Shown one piece after another: positions 18,814 through 27,473 of a stretch of 45,899 nucleotides of DNA. The stretch is from a virus (Duplodnaviria; Caudoviricetes): positions 1-45,899 of IMG/VR virus record IMGVR_UViG_3300005323_000062, one strand, 5' to 3'. Numbering within the stretch: position 1 is the first letter of the stretch; each line of letters begins with the position of its first letter. The notes under the pieces were generated by a model, which ran no database searches, was not told the DNA's origin, and saw only the letters and a list, made by a program, of their open reading frames with translations. The position numbers and the translations under genes were made by a program.

Positions 18814-21035
18814 ACCTCTAACTTTTTCTCCAAACGCGAGTCATTGGAGTCCAAAAACTTTATAGCCTTCGCTATCTGGATGGCTTTCTCTTCTAACGCC
18901 TTGCGCGATTCTGTAGCACCAATCGAGCGATAACCGTCAACCCAGTTCGGGTTCTCATTACCTTCGGCTGTAACCTCGTCCTTTTCGGGACTACCCTCGG
19001 CCTTATACCGCTCTGCTTTTGGTTTCGGCTTCTTAGGAGGTAACTTGTCGGCCGGGAAGCGGCGGTCGTGATTCAAGTCTGCCGCATTAGATAGTGGGTT
19101 AAATACGAAACCACGAATCTCATCCATCCTATTATCCCACGCTTGAGCCGAAATCGCTCCATGTTCCGGTTCTGCCGGAAGAGTCGCGCCAAAAGGATAC
19201 CTAGTCTCTGGCGTAGGAGACTCTCCTTCCGGACGACTAGTATTAACCGACACCGGCAAACTACGCGGGTGCTCGTACTCATAAGCCCTAACGCTCTGAG
19301 TACCACTATTAACCCTATCCCAACGACCAGCGCGGTCACCCCAATACTTAACAGCAGTCGCACCCTTAGTATCACGAGCAGCTTCGACGTTCTGCCGCTC
19401 CGCATTCCTCTCGCGGTCATCACTCTTGTTAGGTTGTTTCACACCCGGAGCACCCGGATTAAACTTCCCACCACCCATCGGCTTCCCATCGGGGCCAACT
19501 TCAGGCATATTACGCTGTTGAATCTCCGCAATAGCATCAAAACTCGACGTATCAATCTCAGCCAATGGAGGCAAGTCAAGCATCTCCCTAACCTCGTCCG
19601 GAGTAATGAAAGGCATAGTAGACAACAACTGCGCCCTCTGAGCCTTCTTCAACTCCTCGCGCACATTATCATAATGGAAGGAGAACTCAACATCATCAAA
19701 ACCAATAACATCCTTAACGAAGAACTTAGTATTCAACTGCTCCTCTAGCTCACGCTTCAAGCCACGAATGTGCTTGTCGAACATTTCCATGTTCACATCA
19801 GCAACAGCGCGGTTAGCTGAGTCTGATTCTCCAAGCAAAGCGGGCGGAACCTGCAAAGCCATGAAAATCTGTTGACGCAAATAACGCATGAACTCCAACC
19901 ACTGCATATCCGTGTTCGTTGGAGCGACGTTATCAACCTTAACCGAATCCTTATTCGGCACGTTCAACACTATATCGCGGTTATAAGAGTTAGACAAAGC
20001 CTGCAACTGTTGAGCAACACGCCCAAACTGCTCCTTATTAAACCCATACAGTTCATACAAGAGCCTTGGAATACCACCATTCCTCAACCAATCCGCATTA
20101 TACTCTTCAGCATCAAACTTAATACGACCACTACGAATTAGGGAGAACAAACCACTCATACCATACTGACGATTACCCACGACGTTAGATGGCAAGTGAA
20201 TCATTTCAGAAGGGTAAAAGTCAACACGACGATGCAGAACGCGCTGAATATACTTAATCGGCTCACCGTGCTCGTTATAATCAATCCTAATCGTTGAAGC
20301 GTCACGAGGATAAAACTCTAACACGCTGCCCTTCTTAACACTAGAATCATCACGAGACAAGTAAGTATCAGTCTTCTCGTCTCCAGAATCATACTTCTCA
20401 CCCGGAAACGCTCCCGCATTATCATCTTTATAGTCTCTAACCACACGAAGTGCAGGAGAATTCATCAAACGCTCAGTGCGTTTACGAATAACCGCGTCCG
20501 CTTCCTCCCACGAACCCATATAAAAAGATTCTGCACCAGCAACTTCCGAACCCCTAACCAACTCAACGTAAGCGTCTCCGAAAATCTGTTGCGAAAACAC
20601 GACGTCCTTCAAGAACTTATCAAAGTTATTAGACTTCAAGAACAACTTAATCTTCTTCTCAGTTAACTTATTCTTAGCTTTAATCTCATAACCATCACAA
20701 ACCAAGTAATCCACCTTGGTTTTGATAGCTGCGTAAACTTCTGGAATCTCTAAAAACATCTTCCAGAGAATCTTGTAGTTAACTGGTTGCTGTTGTCCCC
20801 AAACCGTATTACGAATAGACAAGTAATCTGGCGTGAGACCGTACCCGCCCGCATCCTTAACAGGCGGCAACCCCGCTTTATCATTAGGGTACACACTAGC
20901 AGCTTTAGCAATCACCGGGTGCATCGCGCCACTAGAAACCGGCACTGGCCCGATAATACCAGTAATAGGGTCTAAAACAAAAGTATTAGAATCAACTCGT
21001 TCAAAAGCCAAAGCCCTGCTCACCAAGTGCGCCAC
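18810..21035 (-). CDS. Portal protein with long charged C-terminal extension
   Basis: FGDAYVEL, EMIHL...QYGMSGL, WLRNGGIP, DMQWLE, ALQVPPALLG, ITPDEVREMLDLPP; follows terL. Confidence 0.9.
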   Translation of the reverse strand: MAHLVSRALAFERVDSNTFVLDPITGIIGPVPVSSGAMHPVIAKAASVYPNDKAGLPPVKDAGGYGLTPDYLSIRNTVWGQQQPVNYKILWKMFLEIPEVYAAIKTKVDYLVCDGYEIKAKNKLTEKKIKLFLKSNNFDKFLKDVVFSQQIFGDAYVELVRGSEVAGAESFYMGSWEEADAVIRKRTERLMNSPALRVVRDYKDDNAGAFPGEKYDSGDEKTDTYLSRDDSSVKKGSVLEFYPRDASTIRIDYNEHGEPIKYIQRVLHRRVDFYPSEMIHLPSNVVGNRQYGMSGLFSLIRSGRIKFDAEEYNADWLRNGGIPRLLYELYGFNKEQFGRVAQQLQALSNSYNRDIVLNVPNKDSVKVDNVAPTNTDMQWLEFMRYLRQQIFMALQVPPALLGESDSANRAVADVNMEMFDKHIRGLKRELEEQLNTKFFVKDVIGFDDVEFSFHYDNVREELKKAQRAQLLSTMPFITPDEVREMLDLPPLAEIDTSSFDAIAEIQQRNMPEVGPDGKPMGGGKFNPGAPGVKQPNKSDDRERNAERQNVEAARDTKGATAVKYWGDRAGRWDRVNSGTQSVRAYEYEHPRSLPVSVNTSRPEGESPTPETRYPFGATLPAEPEHGAISAQAWDNRMDEIRGFVFNPLSNAADLNHDRRFPADKLPPKKPKPKAERYKAEGSPEKDEVTAEGNENPNWVDGYRSIGATESRKALEEKAIQIAKAIKFLDSNDSRLEKKLEV

Positions 21036-22534
21036 GCGCCAAAATTATCATCAGAATCAAAGGGGTTTTGGACACCAGTAGACCTAACGTCCCCGGCAGG
21101 GTTGACTCCCAATACTATAACATCTCCAGCCCCACTAGTATTTAAAGGTTTGCTTTTCCTCTCAAAACTAGCGACACCAACATCGCCCTGAGGAGCCGAA
21201 ACCGCCGACCAAGCCAAACACAAAGCCATCACAGTATCATCATGATGACCCGAAGCAGCCATCATCTGCATATTATTATCATCCGTCAACTTATACGCGA
21301 AAAACCGAAGCTCCTCTAACAAAGCCGCAGTACCATCACAATCCGGCAACCTCACACGCTTCTGTTGAAAACCTAGAACGCACTGATTAACCAACAACTG
21401 CTTCTTCGGATTCGACTTCGAGTTCGCAAAAGTATAAGCCTCCGCTTGCGGTACGAGTGGCTTAATCCACTCAAACACCGGGTTCCCAGCACTCGAAGAG
21501 TCAACGATAACCCGCTGAGGCTGGAAAACCTCCGCCACCTCAACAATCCTCTCCTTACAAGCTTCCCAATACTTGTTCTCATCCTGTACAGCCATAGTAG
21601 GTTCATTAAAACGTTCAAACCACGCAACTCGAATCGCGTTCTCCTCACTAATATCCAACACCACAATAGCAGTAAAATCCTTCAATCGCGCAATATCCAC
21701 GCCCATCACATACCAGTGACCCTTCTGAGCAACCTTAACAATATCCTCATCAACCAAACACGGCTCAATAATACGCCCCGGAAACACGAAAGCCGAATCA
21801 TCCAAAAACTCAGCCATATACTCCTGACGCCAAACCAAATCCGGCGTCGAAGACTTAATGTAATCAAGCTCCTTAGCAGGCAAAAATGGGTTATCATACG
21901 ACGTAAAATGGAACGACTTCACTCGCCCGCTAGAATCATTAAGACCAAGGTTATAATACCGATAAAAATAATTACGCCCGTAAGGAGTAGAAATAAGAAC
22001 GAGTTCACCATCGAACCGGACAAGCATAGGCATAAGAACAGTATCGACAACATCATCAGGCAAAAATGCAGCCTCGTCCACCACAATACGATGACATGTC
22101 TCTCCACGAATATGTTCACCCTCATTAGCAACAGTAAAAAACTGAATCTTAGACCCATTATCAAAAACAATCATCGGATTAGGCGTCCGCACAACACGCA
22201 CAACCTTCTCCCTAAGTATTTCACTATCAGCGATAGTCTTCCGCATCATATTAAAAATAATAGACGCATTCTTATACGTACCAGCCACAACAAATTGATT
22301 ACTGTCCCGATGATACAAAGCCGTGTGCAACAAACACACATTCATCATAGACGACTTACCTGACTGCCGTCCAAAACAACCAACCCTAACCTTAGCCCGA
22401 CACTCCAAAAAACTACGCTGAGCCGCATGAGCAGTCCAACCCAACACCCTCTCAGCAAAAAAACAAACATCACTCCTAAGCCGAGCTACCTCCTCCAAAG
22501 ACAAAGCCGCAACATCAGCAATAGACAAACTCAA
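21020..22534 (-). CDS. terL: Terminase large subunit
   Basis: Walker A GRQSGKS, Walker B IVVDEAAF, ISTP coupling motif, QEYMAEF, nuclease GVDIAR..DFT and HDDTVMA. Confidence 0.95.
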   Translation of the reverse strand: MSLSIADVAALSLEEVARLRSDVCFFAERVLGWTAHAAQRSFLECRAKVRVGCFGRQSGKSSMMNVCLLHTALYHRDSNQFVVAGTYKNASIIFNMMRKTIADSEILREKVVRVVRTPNPMIVFDNGSKIQFFTVANEGEHIRGETCHRIVVDEAAFLPDDVVDTVLMPMLVRFDGELVLISTPYGRNYFYRYYNLGLNDSSGRVKSFHFTSYDNPFLPAKELDYIKSSTPDLVWRQEYMAEFLDDSAFVFPGRIIEPCLVDEDIVKVAQKGHWYVMGVDIARLKDFTAIVVLDISEENAIRVAWFERFNEPTMAVQDENKYWEACKERIVEVAEVFQPQRVIVDSSSAGNPVFEWIKPLVPQAEAYTFANSKSNPKKQLLVNQCVLGFQQKRVRLPDCDGTAALLEELRFFAYKLTDDNNMQMMAASGHHDDTVMALCLAWSAVSAPQGDVGVASFERKSKPLNTSGAGDVIVLGVNPAGDVRSTGVQNPFDSDDNFGAWRTW

Positions 22535-22899
22535 ACAGACTCAGACTCCCTACTCGTCTCAAACAAACGGTCAACCTTCTTCTTACCCAAAACCTGCAAC
22601 ATCCCAACCAAATTACGCTTCTCCGCCAAAATCACCGGAAACAACGCCATAACACGCGGGTCGGGCTTACGACCCTCCGACCGAGCTTCCTCCTCCTCAC
22701 GCCTAACAAAATCCTCACCAAGAGCAAGCCACTCCATATAACCCATCAAAGCATCCTCAGAATCCAAAGGACGCTTATCCGACACTAGGGGACGAGACTC
22801 CAAAAACTTCCCAACACTATACAAATCACGAGACTCCATACGCCGCTTCAATTCAACCAAAACCGAACCAGCAGGAGACTCTAACACTTCATCAGACAT
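22531..22899 (-). CDS. Putative terminase small subunit
   Basis: 122-aa helical protein overlapping the terL start; positional only. Confidence 0.45.
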   Translation of the reverse strand: MSDEVLESPAGSVLVELKRRMESRDLYSVGKFLESRPLVSDKRPLDSEDALMGYMEWLALGEDFVRREEEEARSEGRKPDPRVMALFPVILAEKRNLVGMLQVLGKKKVDRLFETSRESESV

Positions 22900-22900
22900 A

Positions 22901-23041
22901 TTATTTCCTCAAAGCCTTAACTTCCGTATACTCTAATCTACCCTTAAATTCCTCCTGCTTACCTATATTCCAATTCAAAACAGGCCGATAATAACCAACC
23001 ACACGACTATAAACCTCACACTTACGACCACACTCACTCAT
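22901..23041 (-). CDS. Stand-alone glycyl-radical peptide of class III ribonucleotide reductase (NrdD C-terminal segment), 46 aa
   Basis: Not in ORF track. MSECGRKCEVYSRVVGYYRPVLNWNIGKQEEFKGRLEYTEVKALRK*; R-V-x-G-Y...W-N-x-G-K-x-x-E-F-x-x-R is the NrdD glycyl-radical signature; GGGGGT RBS; fills the gap between neighbours exactly. Confidence 0.85.
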   Translation of the reverse strand: MSECGRKCEVYSRVVGYYRPVLNWNIGKQEEFKGRLEYTEVKALRK

Positions 23042-23552
23042 TACCCCCACCCCGCACCACAGGCTCATCAAGATTAACCCAACCCTCCTTCAAAGCCAAA
23101 GCAAACAACTCCTGAGTCGCCACCAAATCATTCACATTATGAGCAGCCACCATAAACCTCTCAGAATCCGTCGCAGTCCCACCAACAATCTTCTTACCCA
23201 ACCTAGCCACATTCCAACCAGACCCACACGGGTCAGACGGAACATAAATCCCCAAGTCACGACACAACATATCCTTCTTACAACGCTTACCCACAACCTC
23301 CATCATCACAACCATCAAATCAACGTGCTGATTAAACTTAACCGACCACCCTTTCTCCTTCAAAAAAGGCAAATCAAAACCAACACCATTATACGTCACA
23401 AGAACATCAAACACCAATTCCTTCTTCCCACCAGTCGGACAAGACAGTGCTTTAATCCCACTAGCGTCAGCAATCCCCACCAGCGAAATCTCATCCTTCA
23501 CAAAATCCAAACCAGTAGTCTCCAAATCCAAAAAACCAAAACTCCGATTCAT
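23034..23552 (-). CDS. RNase H-fold DEDD 3'-5' exonuclease (YprB/RNase_H_2-like)
   Basis: FLDLETTG, VTYNGVGFDLPFL, HVDLM, HNVNDL. Confidence 0.85.
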   Translation of the reverse strand: MNRSFGFLDLETTGLDFVKDEISLVGIADASGIKALSCPTGGKKELVFDVLVTYNGVGFDLPFLKEKGWSVKFNQHVDLMVVMMEVVGKRCKKDMLCRDLGIYVPSDPCGSGWNVARLGKKIVGGTATDSERFMVAAHNVNDLVATQELFALALKEGWVNLDEPVVRGGGNE

Positions 23553-23797
23553 CCAGCAACAACCTCCAGTCTTCGACTTTCGTTTTCCACCCTTCTTGAG
23601 GTGGAAACCCCCACCCCACTACCAGAACCAACCCTAACCTCGCTCCGATTAGCCTCCTCAACAACCGCAACCATCAAACGACGCAACATCTCCGACTTAC
23701 CAACACCCGCCCGCCTACACGCCTCCACAAACGCACCCTCTAACTCACGACTAGTACGATAATTCCGAGAAATATCAAAAACACAAGCCCTCCCCAC
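23549..23797 (-). CDS. Ribbon-helix-helix-like DNA-binding protein
   Basis: Start moved to GTG 23797 after GGTGG; strand plus ELEGAFVEACRRAGVGKSEMLRRLM pattern. Confidence 0.55.
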   Translation of the reverse strand: MGRACVFDISRNYRTSRELEGAFVEACRRAGVGKSEMLRRLMVAVVEEANRSEVRVGSGSGVGVSTSRRVENESRRLEVVAG

Positions 23798-23828
23798 AAA
23801 AAACCACCAAATAAAAAAAGAACACACA

Positions 23829-23845
23829 AGTATATAAGCTTTGTG
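23829..23845 (-). promoter_or_regulatory. Archaeal-type TATA promoter (CACAAAGCTTATATACT) heading the leftward arm
   Basis: Near-identical to the motif upstream of the protease gene. Confidence 0.65.
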
Positions 23846-24086
23846 TATACATTTCCCAAAACCACCCTATCTCAAAGAACCACCACCTTACCCCCGCCTG
23901 CACTCTTTTTTGGGACATTGGGGGGGCTTGGGTGCTGGTTGTGCGGGCGTTCTGTATTACGGGCGCATTGGTATTTGTAGTGTGATTATTTGTTCATACT
24001 ATTTGAGAGTATGTTAATGCTTGTAGTGTAGTAGGTAGATAGTGAATGAGAGAGAGAATAGAGGTATATATAATGTAAAAGAGAAT

Positions 24087-24350
24087 AGTATGAAAAAGTA
24101 TGAAAACAGTTTTAGCTTCCTTTGTTTGTTAAATAAAGCCTTGTCCTTCCTTGGTTTTAGTCTTTATATAGCAATGGTAATACTTCGCTGTTATGGTCTT
24201 TAGATGCTAAATCCTAAATCCTCCGTTTGCCAATCGGGGGTTTCTGGTGCTTATTTGACTTAAATGCTCTTATACCCTCAGTCCGTTTTAAGGGGTATTA
24301 CCGTCTGCGCTTCTAGTATTCCCATACTGTTTTTCATACTTCTTCATACT
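24087..24350. repeat. Inverted repeat of tandem AGTATGAA units; candidate origin or packaging locus
   Basis: agtatgaaaaagtatgaaaacagt (24087-24110) versus actgtttttcatacttcttcatact (24326-24350), in the non-coding divergence region. Confidence 0.6.
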
Positions 24351-24478
24351 TTTTATTTTGGCTTTTGGTTGTGCCTCTACTGGCTTATATATTGTATTAG
24401 TGGAAGTGTGGTTTAGTAGTGTTTATATACTTTGCTATATTGCTGTATTCGCCCTTTGTTGGGTGGAAGTGTATGAGA

Positions 24479-24643
24479 ATGGAAACGCAGGTGGTTGGTA
24501 GAGTGGATATATCGTCAATGCCGGTTGGCAGGTTCGTGCGTGAGTTTGACCGGTTGGGCATTTCTGTTAGTTTGGGTGCTTGTGTTGCGCCTAATGGCAA
24601 GGGTTCGGTGGTTGCGTCCATTGAGAGAGTGATGGTTATATGA
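24479..24643 (+). CDS. Small hypothetical protein
   Basis: METQVVGRVDI...; TTTATATA at ~24422 upstream; start uncertain. Confidence 0.5.
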   Translation: METQVVGRVDISSMPVGRFVREFDRLGISVSLGACVAPNGKGSVVASIERVMVI

Positions 24644-24756
24644 TTGGTTTCAGTTCCTTTGGTTCTGGTCAGTTGCAGGCTTGGGAAAAGAGGCGTAAGA
24701 GGCAGGGGGCGGCTAAAGCTAGGGCTTTGCGGGCTTTAGAGCGTCGGTTGCCTTAG
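24640..24756 (+). CDS. 38-aa basic peptide
   Basis: Not in track; ATGA overlap; MIGFSSFGSGQLQAWEKRRKRQGAAKARALRALERRLP*; followed by a long T-tract. Confidence 0.5.
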   Translation: MIGFSSFGSGQLQAWEKRRKRQGAAKARALRALERRLP

Positions 24757-24790
24757 TTTTTCTTTTTTCTCTTTTTCTTCTTCTTCTTTT
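24757..24790 (+). terminator. Oligo-U archaeal-type terminator
   Basis: ~34-nt T-rich pyrimidine tract directly after the stop codon. Confidence 0.6.
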
Positions 24791-25064
24791 GATTCTCTAA
24801 TTGTGTTCTAGCTGTCAGCGTTGGGCTTCTAGCTAGTTTCTTGCTGTTTTTGGTATAGCTGGCTGTTTGTTTTAGCCCCCTAGTGTTTGTTTTGGTTGGG
24901 TTGGGGTTGTTTGGTATAGACTTGTGGGGTGCTATTGGGGTTTTGCTTCTGTAATACAGAGCGCGAATGGTTTTTTGGGGTTTATATATTGGTTGTTTTG
25001 TTACTACTTTGTGGTAGTCGCGTTATTCTTTTTATATTGTGTTGTTTTTTTTTAGCTCGTGGGA

Positions 25065-25074
25065 TTTATAAATA
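25065..25074 (+). promoter_or_regulatory. TATA box upstream of the structured RNA region
   Basis: TTTATAAATA. Confidence 0.5.
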
Positions 25075-25099
25075 ACTGGTGGGTTTTTAAGTTTGTATG

Positions 25100-25905
25100 C
25101 TGAAAGTTTGTTTGCGATTGTTGAACCGGTCGCCCTGAGCGCGGGAAGCCAACCTTTCCGAGGCGTTAAAGGCTCGGTTCGATTCTCTTTGAGCGGTGCG
25201 GCCAACCCCCGCGATTGGTGGGGATTGTTGTGCGGCAGGCATTCGTGGGCTGTCTAGTGGTATAACTAGGTTTGCGTGCGTCTAGTTCGTGCGTAGGCAT
25301 TTGCAGGCTCTTTTGGGACTACAAAAGAAAAAGTCTTTTCGGGCTTTAGTATTTGCGTTCTTTTAGTGGCGAGCAGAGAAGGTAAGACCCTTGCAACTAG
25401 AAGGACTATTCGTCTATAGGCTTTGGATAGCTTGTAGGAGTTAGTAGCGTAGAACTCGCAACTCCGAATAGGGGTTTGGGATATGCTAACCCTGCGTATG
25501 GCTCTTTAGCTGGTAGCAACCGGCTTTGAGGGAGTGGTGCGCCTAATCACTTGGTTGATTAGGGTTAATGGTTAGTGCGAGCGTGTCAGCGAACTCTAAA
25601 ATAGTGACCCTAACGTCAATTTGGGTGGGTTTAGAGCGAGCAAGCGAAAGTAAGGTTCATTGACGGCGGGTAGTCTTTGCTTGAGTTTGGGCTGTTTGGT
25701 TTGAACGGCTAAATAGCTCGAACTCTACCATACTATATAGTTTAGTTTGATAAAGGCTAGACTATATAGTGACCTCTGGGGAAGAAGGGACAACAGTAGG
25801 GGCGAGTTTTCGGTAGCTAGATTTTCTATGCCTTGCAACAGAAAGGTGAAAAGCTACCAAATCACTCTTTAGCTGGTCATACTGGCTTGGGGTGGGATAG
25901 TGGTC
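25100..25905 (+). ncRNA. Candidate large (~800 nt) structured non-coding RNA
   Basis: No ORF >=60 aa; consecutive helices, many needing G-U pairs on the + strand (25357-25406, 25683-25725, 25731-25771, long-range 25289-97/25491-99); boundaries approximate. Confidence 0.6.
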
Positions 25906-25909
25906 TGAA

Positions 25910-26101
25910 ATGGATTACGACGGTGAAGGAAGAAGGAATAAGACCATCGAAGAAGTTGTTTCTGATGGGGTTAATAACATTATCATAGCGCCACTTATTG
26001 GTGGGCGTTATCTTGTAACAGCTACTTCCAGTAGGAATGGGGCGCAGGTTACTTATCGGAATAAGGAACAGCTTGTTTCGATGATTAAAAAACTCTTTTG
26101 A
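25910..26101 (+). CDS. Hypothetical protein
   Basis: 63 aa, followed by hairpin plus T-run. Confidence 0.6.
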   Translation: MDYDGEGRRNKTIEEVVSDGVNNIIIAPLIGGRYLVTATSSRNGAQVTYRNKEQLVSMIKKLF

Positions 26102-26109
26102 ATCCGTTT

Positions 26110-26129
26110 GGGGGCTTATGCCCTTTTTT
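26110..26129 (+). terminator. Hairpin plus U-tract
   Basis: GGGC-ttat-GCCC followed by TTTTTT. Confidence 0.6.
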
Positions 26130-26178
26130 AGTGTGAGGTTTTACTCGTCATGGGGTAGCTTCGCGGAAGTGGGTTTGA

Positions 26179-26346
26179 ATGGCCTATGCAGTGAATAAGG
26201 ATGGGCAGATAGTCATTACTCTGCCTAAGGGTGAGGGTAAGCCTAGCAAGTCGGGCAAGTCAATGATTCTTGACACAACTGGTGGGTTTGCTGACCTTGG
26301 GAATGGTCTTAAACTGTCCTACAACGTGATACGCGCTAAACAGTAA
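26179..26346 (+). CDS. 55-aa conserved-looking small protein (PSKSGKS...TTGG)
   Basis: Not in track; MAYAVNKDGQIVITLPKGEGKPSKSGKSMILDTTGGFADLGNGLKLSYNVIRAKQ*; followed by hairpin cttcttgg/ccaagaag and a T-run. Confidence 0.7.
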   Translation: MAYAVNKDGQIVITLPKGEGKPSKSGKSMILDTTGGFADLGNGLKLSYNVIRAKQ

Positions 26347-26457
26347 AGAACGCGCGTGCATTCTTCTTGGCTTTACCAAGAAGTAATTTTCTTCTTTTTC
26401 ATGCGTCTAAAAGGACAACCGGCAGTGCGAGACTGTAGGGGGCGGTTGTAGAAGGGT

Positions 26458-26832
26458 GTGGCGGCAGACTTTAGCAAGTATAGGGATATGGCTGGTAACG
26501 CTTGGGGGTTGAATGACGCTGGACAAGATTATGCTAATCACTTACTTGCAACTTTAAAGACGGCGATTAAGAAACTGGGTAATCATAAGATAGACCGTAT
26601 TCAATTGCGTAGTTTTGGAAACTGTGGCATCGCCTCTAGGTTTTTAGAAGTTACTGCGGATTATTTAGTAACTGAAAAAAACCTCAAATGTTTTAATGGG
26701 GTTCGTTTGGTTTTTGATATTTGCACTTGTGGGAGTAAGAACTGTTGGGGTTCTTGTTACTTAGTAGATGGGGCTGGCAAGAAAACAAAACTTCATACTA
26801 GCGGGAAGAAGGGTAATATTCCTTTGAGTTAA
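26458..26832 (+). CDS. Hypothetical protein (Cys-containing C-terminus)
   Basis: 124-aa ORF on the coding strand. Confidence 0.65.
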   Translation: MAADFSKYRDMAGNAWGLNDAGQDYANHLLATLKTAIKKLGNHKIDRIQLRSFGNCGIASRFLEVTADYLVTEKNLKCFNGVRLVFDICTCGSKNCWGSCYLVDGAGKKTKLHTSGKKGNIPLS

Positions 26833-26844
26833 AGGCGATTGTTA

Positions 26845-26961
26845 ATGCCGGTAGAAGTTAAGGTTAATAATGGTTGTCGTTTGCGTAAGCGTGAGGCTAA
26901 AGAGTTTATCGTGACTATTACGGAAGAACGGGTTCATTTAGGGGTTGTTTGTTTATGGTAG
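26845..26961 (+). CDS. 38-aa peptide with a degenerate CRF-type motif (NGCRLRKR)
   Basis: Not in track; AGGCGA RBS-like site; MPVEVKVNNGCRLRKREAKEFIVTITEERVHLGVVCLW*. Confidence 0.45.
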   Translation: MPVEVKVNNGCRLRKREAKEFIVTITEERVHLGVVCLW

Positions 26962-27149
26962 CAAATAAGAAAAGTAAGGGTTGGGTTTTTTCTTCTAAAA
27001 CGTTTAATATGCGTATTGTTTTTTCTAATTCTATAAGGATGGATAGGGCAGAGGCATTAGAGTATTTGGCTGATGCTTTAAAGAACGCGTTGCGTGACCC
27101 TGATGCTGATTGGCGGTTAAAGGCGATTAATAATGAACCCCGAACTTAA
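26955..27149 (+). CDS. Hypothetical protein
   Basis: MVANKKSK...; GGGGT RBS. Confidence 0.6.
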   Translation: MVANKKSKGWVFSSKTFNMRIVFSNSIRMDRAEALEYLADALKNALRDPDADWRLKAINNEPRT

Positions 27150-27285
27150 GGATATTAGGTTGTGTCCTTTGTGTAGTAAGCCTTATGATGTTGATAGTGA
27201 TGCGGCGGGAGTTGCTAGTAAGTATATTTGTCGTAAGTGTGAAAAGAAAGCTGAACGTGAAGGTCGGTTGAGAATAGCTCATTAA
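27133..27285 (+). CDS. 50-aa zinc-finger protein
   Basis: Not in track; CPLC...CRKC. Confidence 0.6.
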   Translation: MNPELKDIRLCPLCSKPYDVDSDAAGVASKYICRKCEKKAEREGRLRIAH

Positions 27286-27299
27286 GCGGGTGGTAGTGA

Positions 27300-27473
27300 A
27301 TGGCTGATAATTGCGTAGAAGTCAAGGGTAAGGCTATTTTCTTGGATGGTCGCGTGTTGTTGGAAGGCGACGAGTTGGTTCGTTTTAAAGAGAGCCTAGA
27401 CTTCGTGTTAAAGTATGTTAAACCTTGTGACGGGTTAGTAGAAATCAAGACGGCGGTGGATGCGTGTGGCTAA
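27300..27473 (+). CDS. 57-aa hypothetical protein
   Basis: Not in track; GGGTGG RBS; MADNCVEVKGK...; stop overlaps the next start. Confidence 0.6.
   Translation: MADNCVEVKGKAIFLDGRVLLEGDELVRFKESLDFVLKYVKPCDGLVEIKTAVDACG

Noticed and set aside
21446-23762. Long plus-strand ORFs (21446-22363, 23139-23762; also 19143-19748 and 684-1430)
   Set aside because: Antisense shadows of terL, exonuclease, portal and hub genes; the C/A-rich strand has few stop codons, and the products are low-complexity with no motifs.
25171-25190. GGTTCGATTC as a tRNA T loop
   Set aside because: No flanking 5-bp T stem or cloverleaf; the bases pair instead with 25121-28.
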